Assembly: GCF_000143415.4 (NCBI RefSeq)
Contig: NW_003314367.1
Location: 1 to 64,000, forward strand
DNA: 64,000 nucleotides
Origin: Selaginella moellendorffii
Taxonomy: Eukaryota > Plantae > Lycopodiophyta
Direction of reading: 5' to 3'
Shown: piece after piece, positions 24,908 through 37,600 of the stretch
How positions within the stretch are numbered: position 1 is the stretch's first letter
Layout of the letters: every line of letters begins with the position of its first letter
Notes under the pieces: generated by a model
Told to the model about the DNA's origin: nothing
Seen by the model: the letters and a program-made list of their open reading frames with translations, nothing else
The model's database searches: none
Made by a program: the position numbers and the translations under genes

Positions 24908-26354
24908 CTACGACATATCCATGGCTTGCGAGTGATACTTCTCCAGCTCCGCGTTGAGCTCGTCCACAGACTTTTGCGGCCCCCGGCCAGAGGCACTAGC
25001 ACCGCCGCGGCCTCGGCCCCGGCCGCGACCTCGGCCTCTTCCACCCCGGCCTGTCGCTCTTCGGACAGCGCCGGCGTTACCAGCTCGGGCACCCGCCACT
25101 CCCATCGCACTGGACAATCTAAAGCTCAGCGCCCTTTGTCTCGAGAATTGAAAAACGAATCGAGTTTGCTCTACCTTGGGAACGCCCTCTGCGGTCGAGG
25201 TGCTGGAGCAACGTAGCCATTTGTGAGCTGAGCGCCACCGCCGATCATGTCAATCACCATCGGCTTCCCGTCCAGCTGCACGTTGTTATACTGCTTCATC
25301 GCCACCAGGGCTCGCTCCTTTCTCGCAAAGTAGACCTCGGCTGTACCCTGTGACCACGCAAACACGTCAGGGATGTCTAAACCAAAAGGAAAGTGAAAAG
25401 CAAAAGCCGACCTTTGAGCGTCCAACTTTGTCGTAGTGGATGGAGCATTGCTTGAGCTCGCCAATCTCAGAGAAGAGCTCCTGCCAGTAGAAGTAGAGCG
25501 CAGTTCCTCAGTCCCGGATCAAGAGTGTCGAATAGAACACGAACCTTGATGTCGTCGTTCGAGACCCCGCTGTCTAAGTTAGAAACGTAAAGCCGGGCAC
25601 CTTCGTCTAACTGCTGCCAGAGAGGAGGAACTCCACCACGGTTTAACTGTAGATACAGTGTTTCCCTCAATATATAAGCAACGCAAAACTTTTTCACGCA
25701 AAACGAAGAGAGGACTGACTCAAATCCATCATCCAGCAGAGTGAAACAACTATCCGGCCAAAGGTAAATGCATATGTAACTGTGCAGTAGAGCTGAAGGA
25801 TCGACTCTAAGTAGCAAAGGAAGAAGCGTCGAGGCAGAACTTTTTTTTTTGTCTCGAGTTTGCCCCTTCTAGATCCATCCGTCTCAAATCCTTGACTTGG
25901 GTTTTCAGCCAACACTCCAAAACCAATCCTTTTTTCTGGCTCCCCCCCAAAAGGGTCATTCCAAAGGCAGCACACACCACGAACGACGAGAAGGGAAGGC
26001 AAAAACAAAGGAACCGAAGAAGAAGAAGACTGCTCCCCCTGTCCCAAAAGAACTACACCTATTCTAACCCCTTGAGAGGGAAAAGAAGAAAGAAGAATGA
26101 AAGCACTGCGTTTGTTTCGGTTTTCTTGCCTTGGTGATGCCGAACGCGCCGGCGCGGTATCGCGAGCCCTTGCGGAAGAGCCCCGAAGATCTTGGACCCA
26201 GAAATGTCCCTGCTGTGCTGCTGCCTCCGCCTCTACCCTGAGCGATCTTGCCGCCTCTGCCCCTGCCGCGGCGAAGCCTGCTGCTGCCGCCGCCGCGCGA
26301 CGAAATCTTGCTCTTCTTCACCAGAGAATCGAGCGGCATGTCCAGTGCCTCCAT
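24908..26354 (-). CDS. ALY: ALY/REF (THO complex subunit 4) mRNA export adaptor, multi-exon
   Basis: N-box [13 protein letters not shown]; RGG-rich regions; RRM '[38 protein letters not shown]'; C-box [14 protein letters not shown]. Confidence 0.93.
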
Positions 26355-26486
26355 CTCTCTTCTCGGACTGAAAACCCTATGGATCCAAAAAAGCTTTTAA
26401 ACCCTAACTTGGACAAAGGGGATCTCACTATATAAGGGTAGATCGTGGGTTCGATTCCTCTTATAATCCAATCTCTAAGCGTGTCC

Positions 26487-27699
26487 TTAGAATCTTCTTC
26501 GCTTGAGATCTTCGTTCTCCTTTCGGAGCTTCATGAGCTTTTGTTTGAGAGCTCCCACTTGCCAGTTGGAGCTTAATTCTTGGATCTGGGCTTCTAGCCT
26601 CGTCTTGTCGAACAGCGCTACAAATCAAAGCGCATCCAAGTCAGGAGAAAAGATCGAGAGAATCGAGCTTACAATTTTGCTGCTGCTTCTCCAGTTGCTC
26701 GCTCAAGCTGTGATTCGCTTGTTTTGCGGTTTGGAGTTCCAGCTTCAAAGCTGTGATCTCACACTGGACTGAGAAAGTGGAAAGGACACCTCAATCCTGG
26801 ATTGGAAGAACGTAAACTTACACTCGGTTTGATCCCTTTTGCGGCGTTCTTCATGGTTTTGATTTAGAATGTCCATGCTGTCGTGGAGCTGCGCGATCTC
26901 TTGCTCCAGCTGAATCACACACGACTCTTTTGAGCGAAGCTGCTTTTCCAGGGAGCTGCGGCAAACAAAGTTTGATCACGAGATGCAAAACCAGAGAACA
27001 TACCTGACACGCGCGTTTAGTTTGGCTTCCATGGTCTGGAATTTTTCCTGAAGAGTCGATACAGCTCGTTCGTGCTCCTAACATATGTATCCCCACAAAC
27101 GTTTGAATGTCGCGAGAATTTAATCCAGTCGAGAAAAACCTGTTGCATGGCATTGTCTTGTTCGCTTCTTAGATTAACTTCTTGCCACAAGACTTCAAAC
27201 TTCGACTTGTAATCCAGCTGCTTTAACAAAACAAAACAAAAAAAAAAAAAACGTTCAAATCCTCATCAAAAGAGTCTCGAGACAAAAGAAAGATCGAGAA
27301 CTAACAGAAATCATCGTACCTGCTGGACAGTCTGTGCCAGAAATTCCTCCTGCGATTTCATCAGTCGAGCCTTGTCTGCCACAAGCATTTCAAGAGATCC
27401 AGTTCATTGAGATGGAAATTTCGAGAAAAAACTAAAAACGAGAACGAAAGAGGGATTTCCAGATATCTTACCCCCTTCCAGCGACGCGCACAGATTCTCG
27501 GCGGCCTGGCGGCATTGCGTCTCGGCAGCAAGAAGAGCCCTCAGCGACTCAGCCTCGGATTTGGCGTCCCTGAATTCCTGCACGAACAATCTCTCAAGAA
27601 CATCGCTCGATCGATCGCATCGCATCCATCCTCTACCTCTTCCAGCGCCGCCAGATCCCGCGCCAGGACTTCCATGTCCTCCTCCGAAGGCGGCAGCAT
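26487..27699 (-). CDS. 4/1 protein homologue (At-4/1-like coiled-coil protein), about 8 exons
   Basis: Spliced product runs MLPPSEEDMEVLARDLAALEE..LDYKSKFEVL..EHERAVSTLQEK..SSNWQVGALKQKLMKLRKENEDLKRRRF. This matches the recalled At-4/1 C-terminus 'SNRQVETLKQKLMKLRKENEILKR' and its overall layout. Confidence 0.8.
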
Positions 27700-27887
27700 T
27701 CTTCCCTACCTAAATTTGGAGCCAAAATTTCAAAAACCCTACAAGGGATTAAAGAACAAGAACCCTAAATTTTATGTTAAAGTAATAAGAACCATAAAGT
27801 TTAAAGGAGCTATAAACCCTAAGCTTAAAGGTGGTTTTCTATTAAGAATTTTACTCCTCTAAAAAGTTCTTTTCTTTAAGAGGAAGG

Positions 27888-29750
27888 TTAATTCAAGTCA
27901 ATCCCACGCCGCCGGTCCTTGAGTTCATGGACGAGCCTCGCCAGCCCTTGCTCACACAGCCTAGTTCCTAATCTCTCCAGTCTCTTCTTCTCTTGGTACC
28001 GATCAATCTTCTTCTTCACTCCCACCTCGTGTTTTTGCGAGTGATGCTGCGGCGGCTGCTGCTGCTGTGGCTGCTGCTGCTGCTGCGACTGCGTTTGATG
28101 CTGGTGGTGGTGATGCTGCTGCTGCTGCTGGTGATGGCTTCCCGAGGATTTGCTCGCTCTGCTCCCGTTCGAGTACGCAACGTATTCCCTGTGCTCCAGA
28201 GTGATGGGCACCGCTTTCTTCCATAAGTTCTCCAGCGAGCTCGCAGCTCTCGAGCTCGTAGCGTGGCTCGAGTAGTCGTGCCTGTGCCTGTGATCTGCTT
28301 GGTACTCGCTCGGGTAATGCGCGCGGGCTTCCTCGTCTGGAGAAACGAAAACAAAGCTTAAGAGACTCGAGAACTATGAAAACAAACGCGAGCGTACCTG
28401 GATCGACGAGGGGTTGGTTTAGATTTATGGTGGCTCGCCTTTCAAGCCTGTCGGGCTCTCTTCTGTCGAACCAGGAGCGGGACTTCCAAGGGACGTCGTA
28501 GTCGGATTGAGTGATCGCTGTTGGCGGCTTGAGGTTGAGCCAGTTGTTGTGAAAAGCACCCGCGTTCTGGAGGTAGTGGAGCGGGGACTGGACGAAGCCT
28601 CCGGTGAGACCAAAACTGTAGCCCGGCTGCGAGATTGCTGCCGGAGGAGGCTTGTTTAGTATCCGGTCCAACCAGTGCGGAGTATCGGAAGTGGTGGCCT
28701 TGGATCCGACGAAGGAAGGAACCGACGACGACATACCGTTTATAAAGGTGTTCCCGACTTTGTAGTTTTCTGTCCACGATGTCGAGGAAGTACGCGGCGC
28801 CGCCGAAGAAGTTAAGCTCGTCACGACGCCAGATCCACCAGCAGCACCACCAGCAGCACCTAAAGTTGACGTCCAGTAGTCGAAAACAACCGGCTTCTTC
28901 GCGTGCTGCTCCATGTCGAGGCCGCTTCGATGGAGGGAAAATGAAGCAGCCGGAGGTGGCGGCGCAATCCCGTTCATTGCCACGCCCCGCAAGCCATCGA
29001 AGCTTGCGTGCGAGGCATTGAAAGTATCGCTGGCCGAAACGCTAGACGAAGTTTTGGCGACGAAGAAATCCGCCCCTGTGCTGAAGCTGTTGTTGTTGGC
29101 CGACGTATACAGCCCTCCAAGTGTCTCGCGGTGCTGCTCCAAGGAGCGAGGAGCATTGGGGTCACCCAGGGCAGTGGAGGTGGTAGCAGTGTTTACACCC
29201 TTCCCTTTCCTCTTCCACCTCGCAGGCGGGAGCCCCGTCTCCAAGTACTTGAATACCTCGACTTTGGAACGGAAGCGTCTGCCCGAGTACGACTCAATGT
29301 AGTACTGCCATGGAAGAAAGAACAAAAAAAAAAAAGCTTTAGCACTCCAAGCAAGCTAAAGAGCACGCAAAACAATGCTACCTTATCTCTGTGACCATCG
29401 GCTCGCGTCCGACACTCGGAAATCCAGCCTTCCGGCAACCAGCTCGGGGCTGGAGCTTCGGTGATTGTTACTGCTAGCGCTGGGCGCTGGTGCTCCAGAT
29501 TTCTATCCTGTTCTTCCTGTTCTTCTAGACTTTCAGCTCTAGGAAGAGAAGTGGTAGTGGTGGTGAGAGTACCAGTGGCCGGGACAGCATCCTCGTCCGA
29601 GGAAGAAGGGACGTGAGCGATGTTTAAGTCGGGGATGAGAGCATCCTGGAATTCAGTGTTGACGCTACACACGGAGCTCCTCTTCCTGTGCTGCTGCTGC
29701 TGCTGCTGCTGCTGCTCTACTACAGTGGCCCGAGAGGAGGAAGATATCAT
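27888..29750 (-). CDS. Methyl-CpG-binding domain (MBD) protein with polyQ/H tracts and EAR-like motifs, 3 exons (29750-29382, 29304-~28398, ~28336-27888)
   Basis: 'WLPEGWISECRTRADGHRDK|YYIESYSGRRFRSKVEVFKYL' is an MBD split by a GT-AG intron. The spliced frame ends in RGIDLN*. Confidence 0.88.
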
Positions 29751-31925
29751 CCCCGATGGTGAGACGAGGCGCTCGAATCCAGCAAACCGACATGAAATCC
29801 GGGGCGAAATCTAGCAAATTTCTAGCCTGCTCTGGGAATCCCGCGGCCGACTAGGTAGGCGCGGGCGGCGCATTGTGGCGGTACCTGGGGGAATGCGCCT
29901 CAGCGGCGCCGCATCCACGCCATGCTCCACCTCGCGTCGCCCTGGAAACCCTAGATCCCTCCTGCGATGACTGCCAGTGACCATGATCGAGCTGATGAAT
30001 GGGACACTAGAACTGTTGTGGACGGTAAGTAACTAGGAAAGTACCCAGGCCCCCCCATCACTGACTGACGGAGGAATATTCTGTCACACCCTTCCCATTT
30101 GTGTGTGTGTTGGTTGTTGTTGGAACCGGAACCTGGATGAATGGATAGAATTTTATATTGAATTGATCTAAACTGTCCAAAACATAATTTAACTTAATTA
30201 AGATTAAGGTTACGTTTTAGTGAATATATTTATTTATTTATGTGAATGAATGGAATATTTAATTAGAGTAATCCCATCACACTAATATTAATATACAACA
30301 TTGTAATTATACATATAGACTTTCCTTGGAAAGATGGAAGGAGTTAGGGTTCTCTAATTAATGGGTGGGGATCTAAAAAAATATTAGAGAAGGCATTAGG
30401 TAGTGCTATTTTTCTTAATCCTTTTATATAAAGTGTTTTAATTGTTACATATGCATAATTTTTGGAGAATCGACTTGTTAAATATCAATGTTAAATCTTA
30501 TAAACTTGTAGTCCAACTTGCCATAACACTTAATATAGTTTTTTCTATTGAACAAAGAACTCTTTAAATAAACTCTATAACATAAAATTGAGAAAATAAG
30601 CTAATATCAAGTCATTCACTTTGTACTCTGCTAGTGAATGATGATGAAAGTTATAGCACCATTGTTATACCATTTATCCATAACTCAAGTGTTTAACAAA
30701 CTCCTTTAGATTAGTGGAGGAATGTTTGTCAAATATTAATCCTAGGACCTAACATTGGTATCATGTGGCATCGATAGCATATGGTAATCATGAAAGTAAA
30801 CTTAACTCCACTAGATTATTACTATATAAAAATTTATATAGTGAAGAAAACTTCACAATTATCCCTTTAAAGATCTAAAAACATGAAATGCCTTAATTAT
30901 AAACTAGATTGCTAAAGCAAACTTAATCTCAATATATAATGTGATTCTCCCTTAGCCAATGAGTGTGAACTATACTTGAGTTCATGAGTTGAAGAGTTGA
31001 GTTCACAAGTTGAGCTCAATTTTCAATTATAATTTAGTACAAACATTATAAACTTTAAAATATTAAGATTATGGCAAACCTAATAATTTCACAAATCTTT
31101 ATATATTATATAGATAAAAATATTCTAAAGAACACTTCTTATTCTAATAATTTAAATATTTACTATATGCCATAATAGAGATATTTGTTAGAACATAAAA
31201 TAAAATGTTTACATAAAGAGTATTCTTGTCACTTCTTTAAATTTGTACTTAATAAATGTCAGGTTTGTCAAAATTTAAAAATTATTAAACCTTAATTAAG
31301 ATTCTATATAAAGCCATATAATTGTTTGAAAGGAAAAGAAAACAATCATTAATATAAGCTTGTTGCATATAAAAGAAAAATTTGATTTTTTTTAAACTAA
31401 ATTTTTGAGGGGTTTATCATAGCATACTATTTGGAATTTATGGATCTTCACTCACACTTTTATTCAAAGAAATGGAAATACACATAAATGTCTATGAGTT
31501 TTAGTGTTGGTAATTTTAACTTTTGCAATCTTTCTTCCTATGGTTCAAGGGCTAGTACATGCAATAACTATCCCATTACACAATATAACTAAACCACACA
31601 AAAGAAAGAAAAAGAGGATAATAAAGATAATGATTATGAGTTGGAGATAAATGCAATGATAGAGGGTGCTACAAATTGGGTGAAAAAGAATGCTTTCTTA
31701 CTTGTTTTAGAAAATTATAATTCCATGACTTTCAAGAAATGCCCTATATATAATTTGGCTTTTAGTGGAAATAATAGTGAGGATAAATATGATGGTATAT
31801 ATGCTTTTGCGACACATTACAACATCATGCACCTAAAAAAATATCATGAAATATTTTTTGATGTTTCTATTGATTATATAAAGTATAATAAATTTATATT
31901 ATTGATAGAGAAATTCTTAGAAAAT

Positions 31926-32760
31926 TTAGTTAGCTCTAAAAGTTTTCTGCAATTCAATAATAATAAGGCTTGTTTGGTGTATATGAATATTCATTTTAGA
32001 ATCCCGATGCAAGATGTTAATGAAGATGTAGTATATATGTTTACAAAGAGCATATGCCTTCCTATGTTCTTCATACTTCATAAAGTCTGGATATGTGTAA
32101 AAAGGAAAGTTTTGAATGGCAATTGTGTACTCTTCACCATCTATTTTGACTATATACTTATTTGCAAGTGTAGTGATGTACTTTGTGGAGAGAATCTCAC
32201 AGTCAAGTGTTTGAGCCAAGCTTATTTTACCTTACTTTTACTTGGAGACGGTACCAATAAATTTAATTGCCTTACCTTTTCTTTCTGGCCTTTTGTGCAT
32301 CTCTGTGAGAATAGTCTTAGTTCTGTCACTTATGTCTTCAACTTTTCTCTCAAGATTAAAACTAGATTTCTCAAGGTTTTCAATCTCATTTAAGGTGAGT
32401 GCAACCCCATTAGCAATTGCCTATTCTGTAGATACTACATCAAGTTTAGTAGTGTCTTCAAGCCATTTTGTATGGTTGGCATCAATGTTGCAATAATATA
32501 ATTAGTACCATCTTGAAAATCTTGCTTGCTTTCGTTCCCTATAGAAATATGGGGTTGGAATAGAAGTTGACTTGTCACCATAGATCTAGGCTCAACATTT
32601 GCTTATCGGAAGCATCCCCACACACCTTATATTTGATTTTGCTAGCACTTGATGGATTACACATTGCTTCGGCTCTACGCTACAATAAACAATTTCAACT
32701 TATTGTGATGAATTTTCTTCATCAACAACTTGAGGTAGCTCGGTCTAAAGGCATTTAAGC
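31926..32760 (-). pseudogene. Degraded SWIM zinc-finger ORF, possibly MULE-derived
   Basis: 'EYTIAIQNFPFYTYPDF..ALCKHIYYIF' fits the SWIM CxCx(n)CxH pattern with C>Y decay. Confidence 0.55.
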
Positions 32761-32867
32761 AACTAAAGGGAACGATTCGAAAGATGATTTATAAGGGTTT
32801 AAATATAAAGGGAAAAAGCGCATGAATAAAAGTCCACTTTTTTTTCCAATTGGTTAAGGGTCTTGGG

Positions 32868-33201
32868 ATATTTCGGGTTAAGTGTCCTTGGGTTTAAATA
32901 GTATTGGGTTGGGTGATCTCCCAGGAAGTCCAAATTCAGAAGCTTACATTTGGTATCAGAGAGGTCTTGGGTTCGACTCTGTTAGTTGGCTAGGGGAATC
33001 ATATCATATGTTGATTGACATTTAGCTAGTCTAGTTTACTCTGGCTTGGCTCGATCTAAGGGGTTGGGTGTCAAGAGAGCAAGGCTTTCAGGAGAGCTAT
33101 AGCTCTTAGCTTCCGTTCTATTATTTGGGGTTAAGAGTCCTTAGGTTTGAATAGTATTGGGCTAGGTGAGTTCTTGGGAAGTCTAAATTCATGAGTTTAT
33201 A
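32868..33201 (+). mobile_element. Cassandra-like TRIM: 5S-bearing LTR (5'-truncated, ends 32948), PBS-Met, ~120 bp internal region, second LTR 33069-33201
   Basis: Two 5S-ICR-like segments (32876-32931, 33129-33184); TTACA|tt|TGGTATCAGAG boundary; G-rich tract then TGT at 33069. Confidence 0.8.
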
Positions 33202-33309
33202 CGGCAGTATTTTAGAGCAGAATGGTATTTAACATTAGGCTTATGAGAGCTTTTTGCTCCAAGGTCCGTATCAACTTCTTCACTAGCAAAGGAAAATGAT
33301 GCTTTGAGT

Positions 33310-34672
33310 TGTCGCGAATGTGACTTTAGGTATCGAAAGATACTTGTCGGCCAGTCCTTATGGACACTCTTTCCTTACTGCCATGATGGCAGGAGGTCGA
33401 TACAATTGGATCTCTTTAGTAGCCCCTCTTGTGCTAGTGGAGTTAATTGGGCATTTCAAGTGTACTTAGACTAGATGAGCATAAGGACGGAATTCTTACG
33501 TGCTATTATCTAAGCATACTTAGCCTGGTAAGGATTTCTCGTCTTGTTTTGTCTTGCACTTGCTAGTGACAAGAACCCTCACGTATTGAGACTAGTCCCT
33601 CAATATCGCTAGATGATAGCTTACCGTGTCTGCCAAACACCCTTGCTATCACGCCCTTTGTATTAATCTCATTTCGGTCCCAAATGCTATTTATGGAAAG
33701 TGTCTAGATTAGCTCATTTGGCATATCTACGGAATGTAGAGATCAGCCCGAACACAATAGTGTTCGTCCCGTGTCCAAATTTGCAATTTAACGCCATTTT
33801 ATATTTAGTAAGTTTTGAGCTTGTCCTAGAGACAAACTCCTGATGTGTTCCTCAGGGGGGGGGGGTTGTGGGGGATTTCAAATGTATAGTAGGGATAGTG
33901 GTTGGAATGCATGTTTAACCACCACTTGAGATATTAGTTTGGCTCCTGTTAAGCTGTGTCACTCTTTGTTCTACATTCGGCTTGGGTCTAAGCCCAAGCT
34001 CCACGCTGCTCTAGTTGGTGGGGTACCCTCCTCTTCGCGTTAGGCCACTGATATATCAAAATTGTGCCAGACTCCATCTGACACCATTTTGCGTGCAAGT
34101 GCTGGATACAGGGAGCTAGTGCTCGTGGGATTGTACCGGACCCTCGTTTCATAGCGCAACGAGCTTGGAGTTCGGCTCTAAATTTAGGTGCACTATAGAG
34201 TGGACAGTCTTTATGTCACCAATAAAAGCTCGAGGAGTGTATTTCATAGATGTGCCATGGACCATCCTCTACTGCATTTGCTATTATTTGTGCTAATGGA
34301 GTCATCTTTTTTTTCATCCGATCATGTAGCATCTCAATCGAAAGTTATGTATCTTCCTTCCTCAAATGCCAAGGCTTTTGAAGACTACTCTATAACATGT
34401 CTCAAATTTAATAGACTTGCTTCGTATAGACTCATCTTCCCTTTCCTTGCCTCAGAGAAATAATTTTAATTGTTGTGAATGTGACTTCGGGTATTGAAAG
34501 CTACCTGTCGGCTAGTCCTTTTGGATATTCTTTCCTTACTACCACGACGGCAGAAGGTTGGTATTGCTGGACCCGTTATTATTTCCCACTTGAGCTAGTT
34601 GAGAAACTGATCATTGACCGTGTACTTAAATCGGATAAACATAAGGTAGGAACTCTATATGTTTTTTGCTAA
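33310..34672 (+). mobile_element. Truncated 5' LTR pieces of the non-coding LTR (LARD-like) family
   Basis: Start TGTCGCGAATGTGAC at 33310 and again near 34471. They match the reverse of 44760-45189 and also 45914-46200. Confidence 0.75.
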
Positions 34673-37600
34673 TGTAGTGCACGTTTTTTTGACCCTTTAT
34701 CTTATGGTGATTTACCATAGGATAACACCACGAAGCGGAACCTAAACCCTCTTTGTGCCACGTGACAGATGCCATATGTCACATGCCACGTGTCCAAAGG
34801 AACGTGGTGTGGAACTCGAGGTTTAGAACCTTGGGCCACTAAACGAAGGAACGGTGCCAAACTCCCAAGCATGGAGCCAAAGAGTGATGGAACTAGTCCA
34901 CGGAGCAACTCTTAAACATACAGCCCAAGGAGCGAAGGGACAGGAGCCCGGAGCGACTTGAAACTGTCTTAGAGCAACCAACATCCCAATGTCAGGACTA
35001 GCACGCAAAACGGAGCCAAACGGAGTTTGGTGCTATTTCGGCATACTGTATTTCGGCATACCGCATTTCGGCTCTAGGACTGTTCCAAGTTGCTTCGGGC
35101 TCCTGTCCCTTCGCTCCTTGGGTTGTATGCTCGGGAGTTGCTCCGTGATACAGTTCCATCACTCCTTGGCTCCATGCCTAGGAGTTTGGCACCGTTCCTT
35201 TGTTCAGTGGCCCAAGGCCCTAAACCTCAGGTTCCGCACCACTGTCCTTTGGACACGTGGCATATGACACATGGCATGTGTCACGTGGCATAAAAAGGGT
35301 TTAGGTTTCGCTTCATGGTGTTATCCTATGGTAAATCACCATAGGATAAAGGGTCAAAACCACGTGCACTACATTTGGTATCAGAGAATGAGTCTCAGCG
35401 ATACTATCCAATGAAATTGGGCAACTAGTCTTGTTGCATACGCAGAAATGAAAATGATGATCCGAGTGGGTACACGTTTAGGTGCAAAGGCTTTGCAATT
35501 GGTTCCTTGGGTATGGATATTGTTGCCTTGTTGTACCTTATGATGTGAGCTTGCGCTTGGGCTCATAGGATGGATTGGAGATGTTCCGTTTACACAAGTT
35601 TGAGCTTGGGCTCGTGAGTGAGGCACATTAGCAACTCGAAGTTACACTTTGAGTTGGCAAGATTAATATTAGCCTACTGTTGGTTCCATGAGTTTTTCCA
35701 ATGGTTTCGTAAGTTGTTCCATGTATTGTGGGTGAAAGAAAACCTTCCCTGGGTTTGCTATGAGTGGTAAATAGGCTGGTCCGTAGCTATTTAGCACGGC
35801 ACTAGTGGATCCTTCCTAGGCAAGACTACAAGTGGATCAATCAAGATTATAGGGATTAGTCTATTAATTCAAGTAGTCATTGCTATGCTCTCTCATAAAC
35901 TTTTCTTGGATTGGATTGAAGGCAGTGCAAATGCATGAGGTTTAGTCAAAGATGAGACCAAAAAGAGAGTCATCAGGGACGAAGGATCAAACACTTAAAT
36001 CATTTTCTCTTGGAGAGATGATTTGTAACAAGGTATTAACTCATTGCTCATGTTCATATTATGCAATCAAGAGTCCCTACCTTGATGCATGTTGGAGATG
36101 ATGGTCTTACAAATGGTGAGTTGTAGGATGGATAGCGGTGAAGCGCTATACCATTTTTATCTAAGCTTGTTATTGGAAAACTTGGGTTGCAATGCTCAAT
36201 TCTTTTCCAAGGAAACTTGCTATTGCTCCTTGAGTAGTTTGATGTTGGATTAGTTTTGAGTTTGGTCAGAAAGAGAGTGGCATGAACTTGTCTATGTTGT
36301 GAACAAAAAGTTAGTGGTGTTGGGTGTTCTAAATCTCTATTGGTGGAGTGTGGCATTTATGTTGCATTTTGTCGAATTGAGTTTGCACTTGATACTCACA
36401 TAAACATTTGAAGTAATGACATAGACATCACTCGTGGTGTTGCTCAATTGATGATCAAGTCATTGTGATTTCTATATCATATCTATGTGATAGTGAGCAA
36501 TGTGTTTATGAAGTTGTTTGGTTAAACGCTGATCAAACCCAAAGTGGTTGATGAAGAAGCTAGTTTATTTGCACAAAGTAGCATTGTAGTAGCTTTGACT
36601 GGATTCTCGATGGTAGTCCATTATGCTAAGTTTAAGTTGGTTCCTTATTTCCTTGAGGATTTGCCCATGAGGTGTTGTAAAAAGGTTATAGCATTAACTT
36701 GCTATGGCTTGATGGTTTATTCGTTAGCACTTGGAGTAGATTATTAGACGGAGAAAGTGTGTAGTTGAGGCATTGACATCGCTAGCACTTGTGTTAGTGG
36801 AAGTGGCATTGTTATTCCGAGTGATGAGGAATTTTCCTTAAAAGTTGATTTTCCATATCATTTTTCTTGTTAGTGTTTTGGCTTCATATTTGATCTTGAA
36901 GGTGATTGAAGAAGAGTGTTAGTGCAATATGGATATCTGAAGATATGGTCTTCGTGATCAAGCTTTAGATATTCACTTTGCATTTTTGCGGATGTCGGAG
37001 TTGGATGTCGGAAGTATGGGCAAAAGATGTTCGAGGCTTAAGCATACTATAGGTCATGAGAATTTGTGTTGAGGTGAACTTATGTGAAGTTGTTAGTAGG
37101 AGGAAATTGGTTGAGTCTTGGAAGTTTGTATTCCTAGACCGAGAGTCATTCTTTCTCTAGGATTGGAAAATTTTCCTCAAATTTTCTTAGACTTTTCTAA
37201 TGGCTGATTTGTTGGTCACTTTGCTTGAAAACCATTTCGTTTTCGTAAGTCATTATAAACTAGTGAAAGGGGTTGGAGTTGACTTCGGTTGGCTTAGACC
37301 TTAGTAGGTAGTTTGTATGATGCGGCCCGAAAGGGATGCTGACTTTTGAAGCTAAAGCAATTGAGTTGGATAGAGTTTGGAGTTAGTGTAAAAAAGTGAG
37401 CTCTATGAGAGTAGTGAACTCTCACTGATCTTGACTTTGTCATGGTAGCCCTGCTCCTTGGCTGAGGATGGTGATGTCTAACTTAGTTGTTTAAGGTTAA
37501 GATGTTGGTACCAGTACTATAGCTTTGTGTATGAGGAAGTTGTGTACCGATATGAGTTCATCTCATGGTCTTCACTTTAGTTTCAACTGAGTGTTGATTA

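Noticed and set aside
26440-26465. GGTTCGATTCC as a tRNA gene
   Set aside because: No cloverleaf, D-arm or anticodon arm.
31641-32393. 250-aa plus-strand ORF
   Set aside because: AT-rich antisense shadow of the SWIM remnant, with no recognisable domain.
32876-32931. Functional 5S rRNA gene
   Set aside because: Only the internal ~56 nt match, there are no 5S termini, and it sits in an LTR next to a PBS.
35960-35990. CTGATGA on the minus strand as a hammerhead ribozyme core (retrozyme)
   Set aside because: No stem II followed by GAAA. No convincing hammerhead or twister was found by eye elsewhere.
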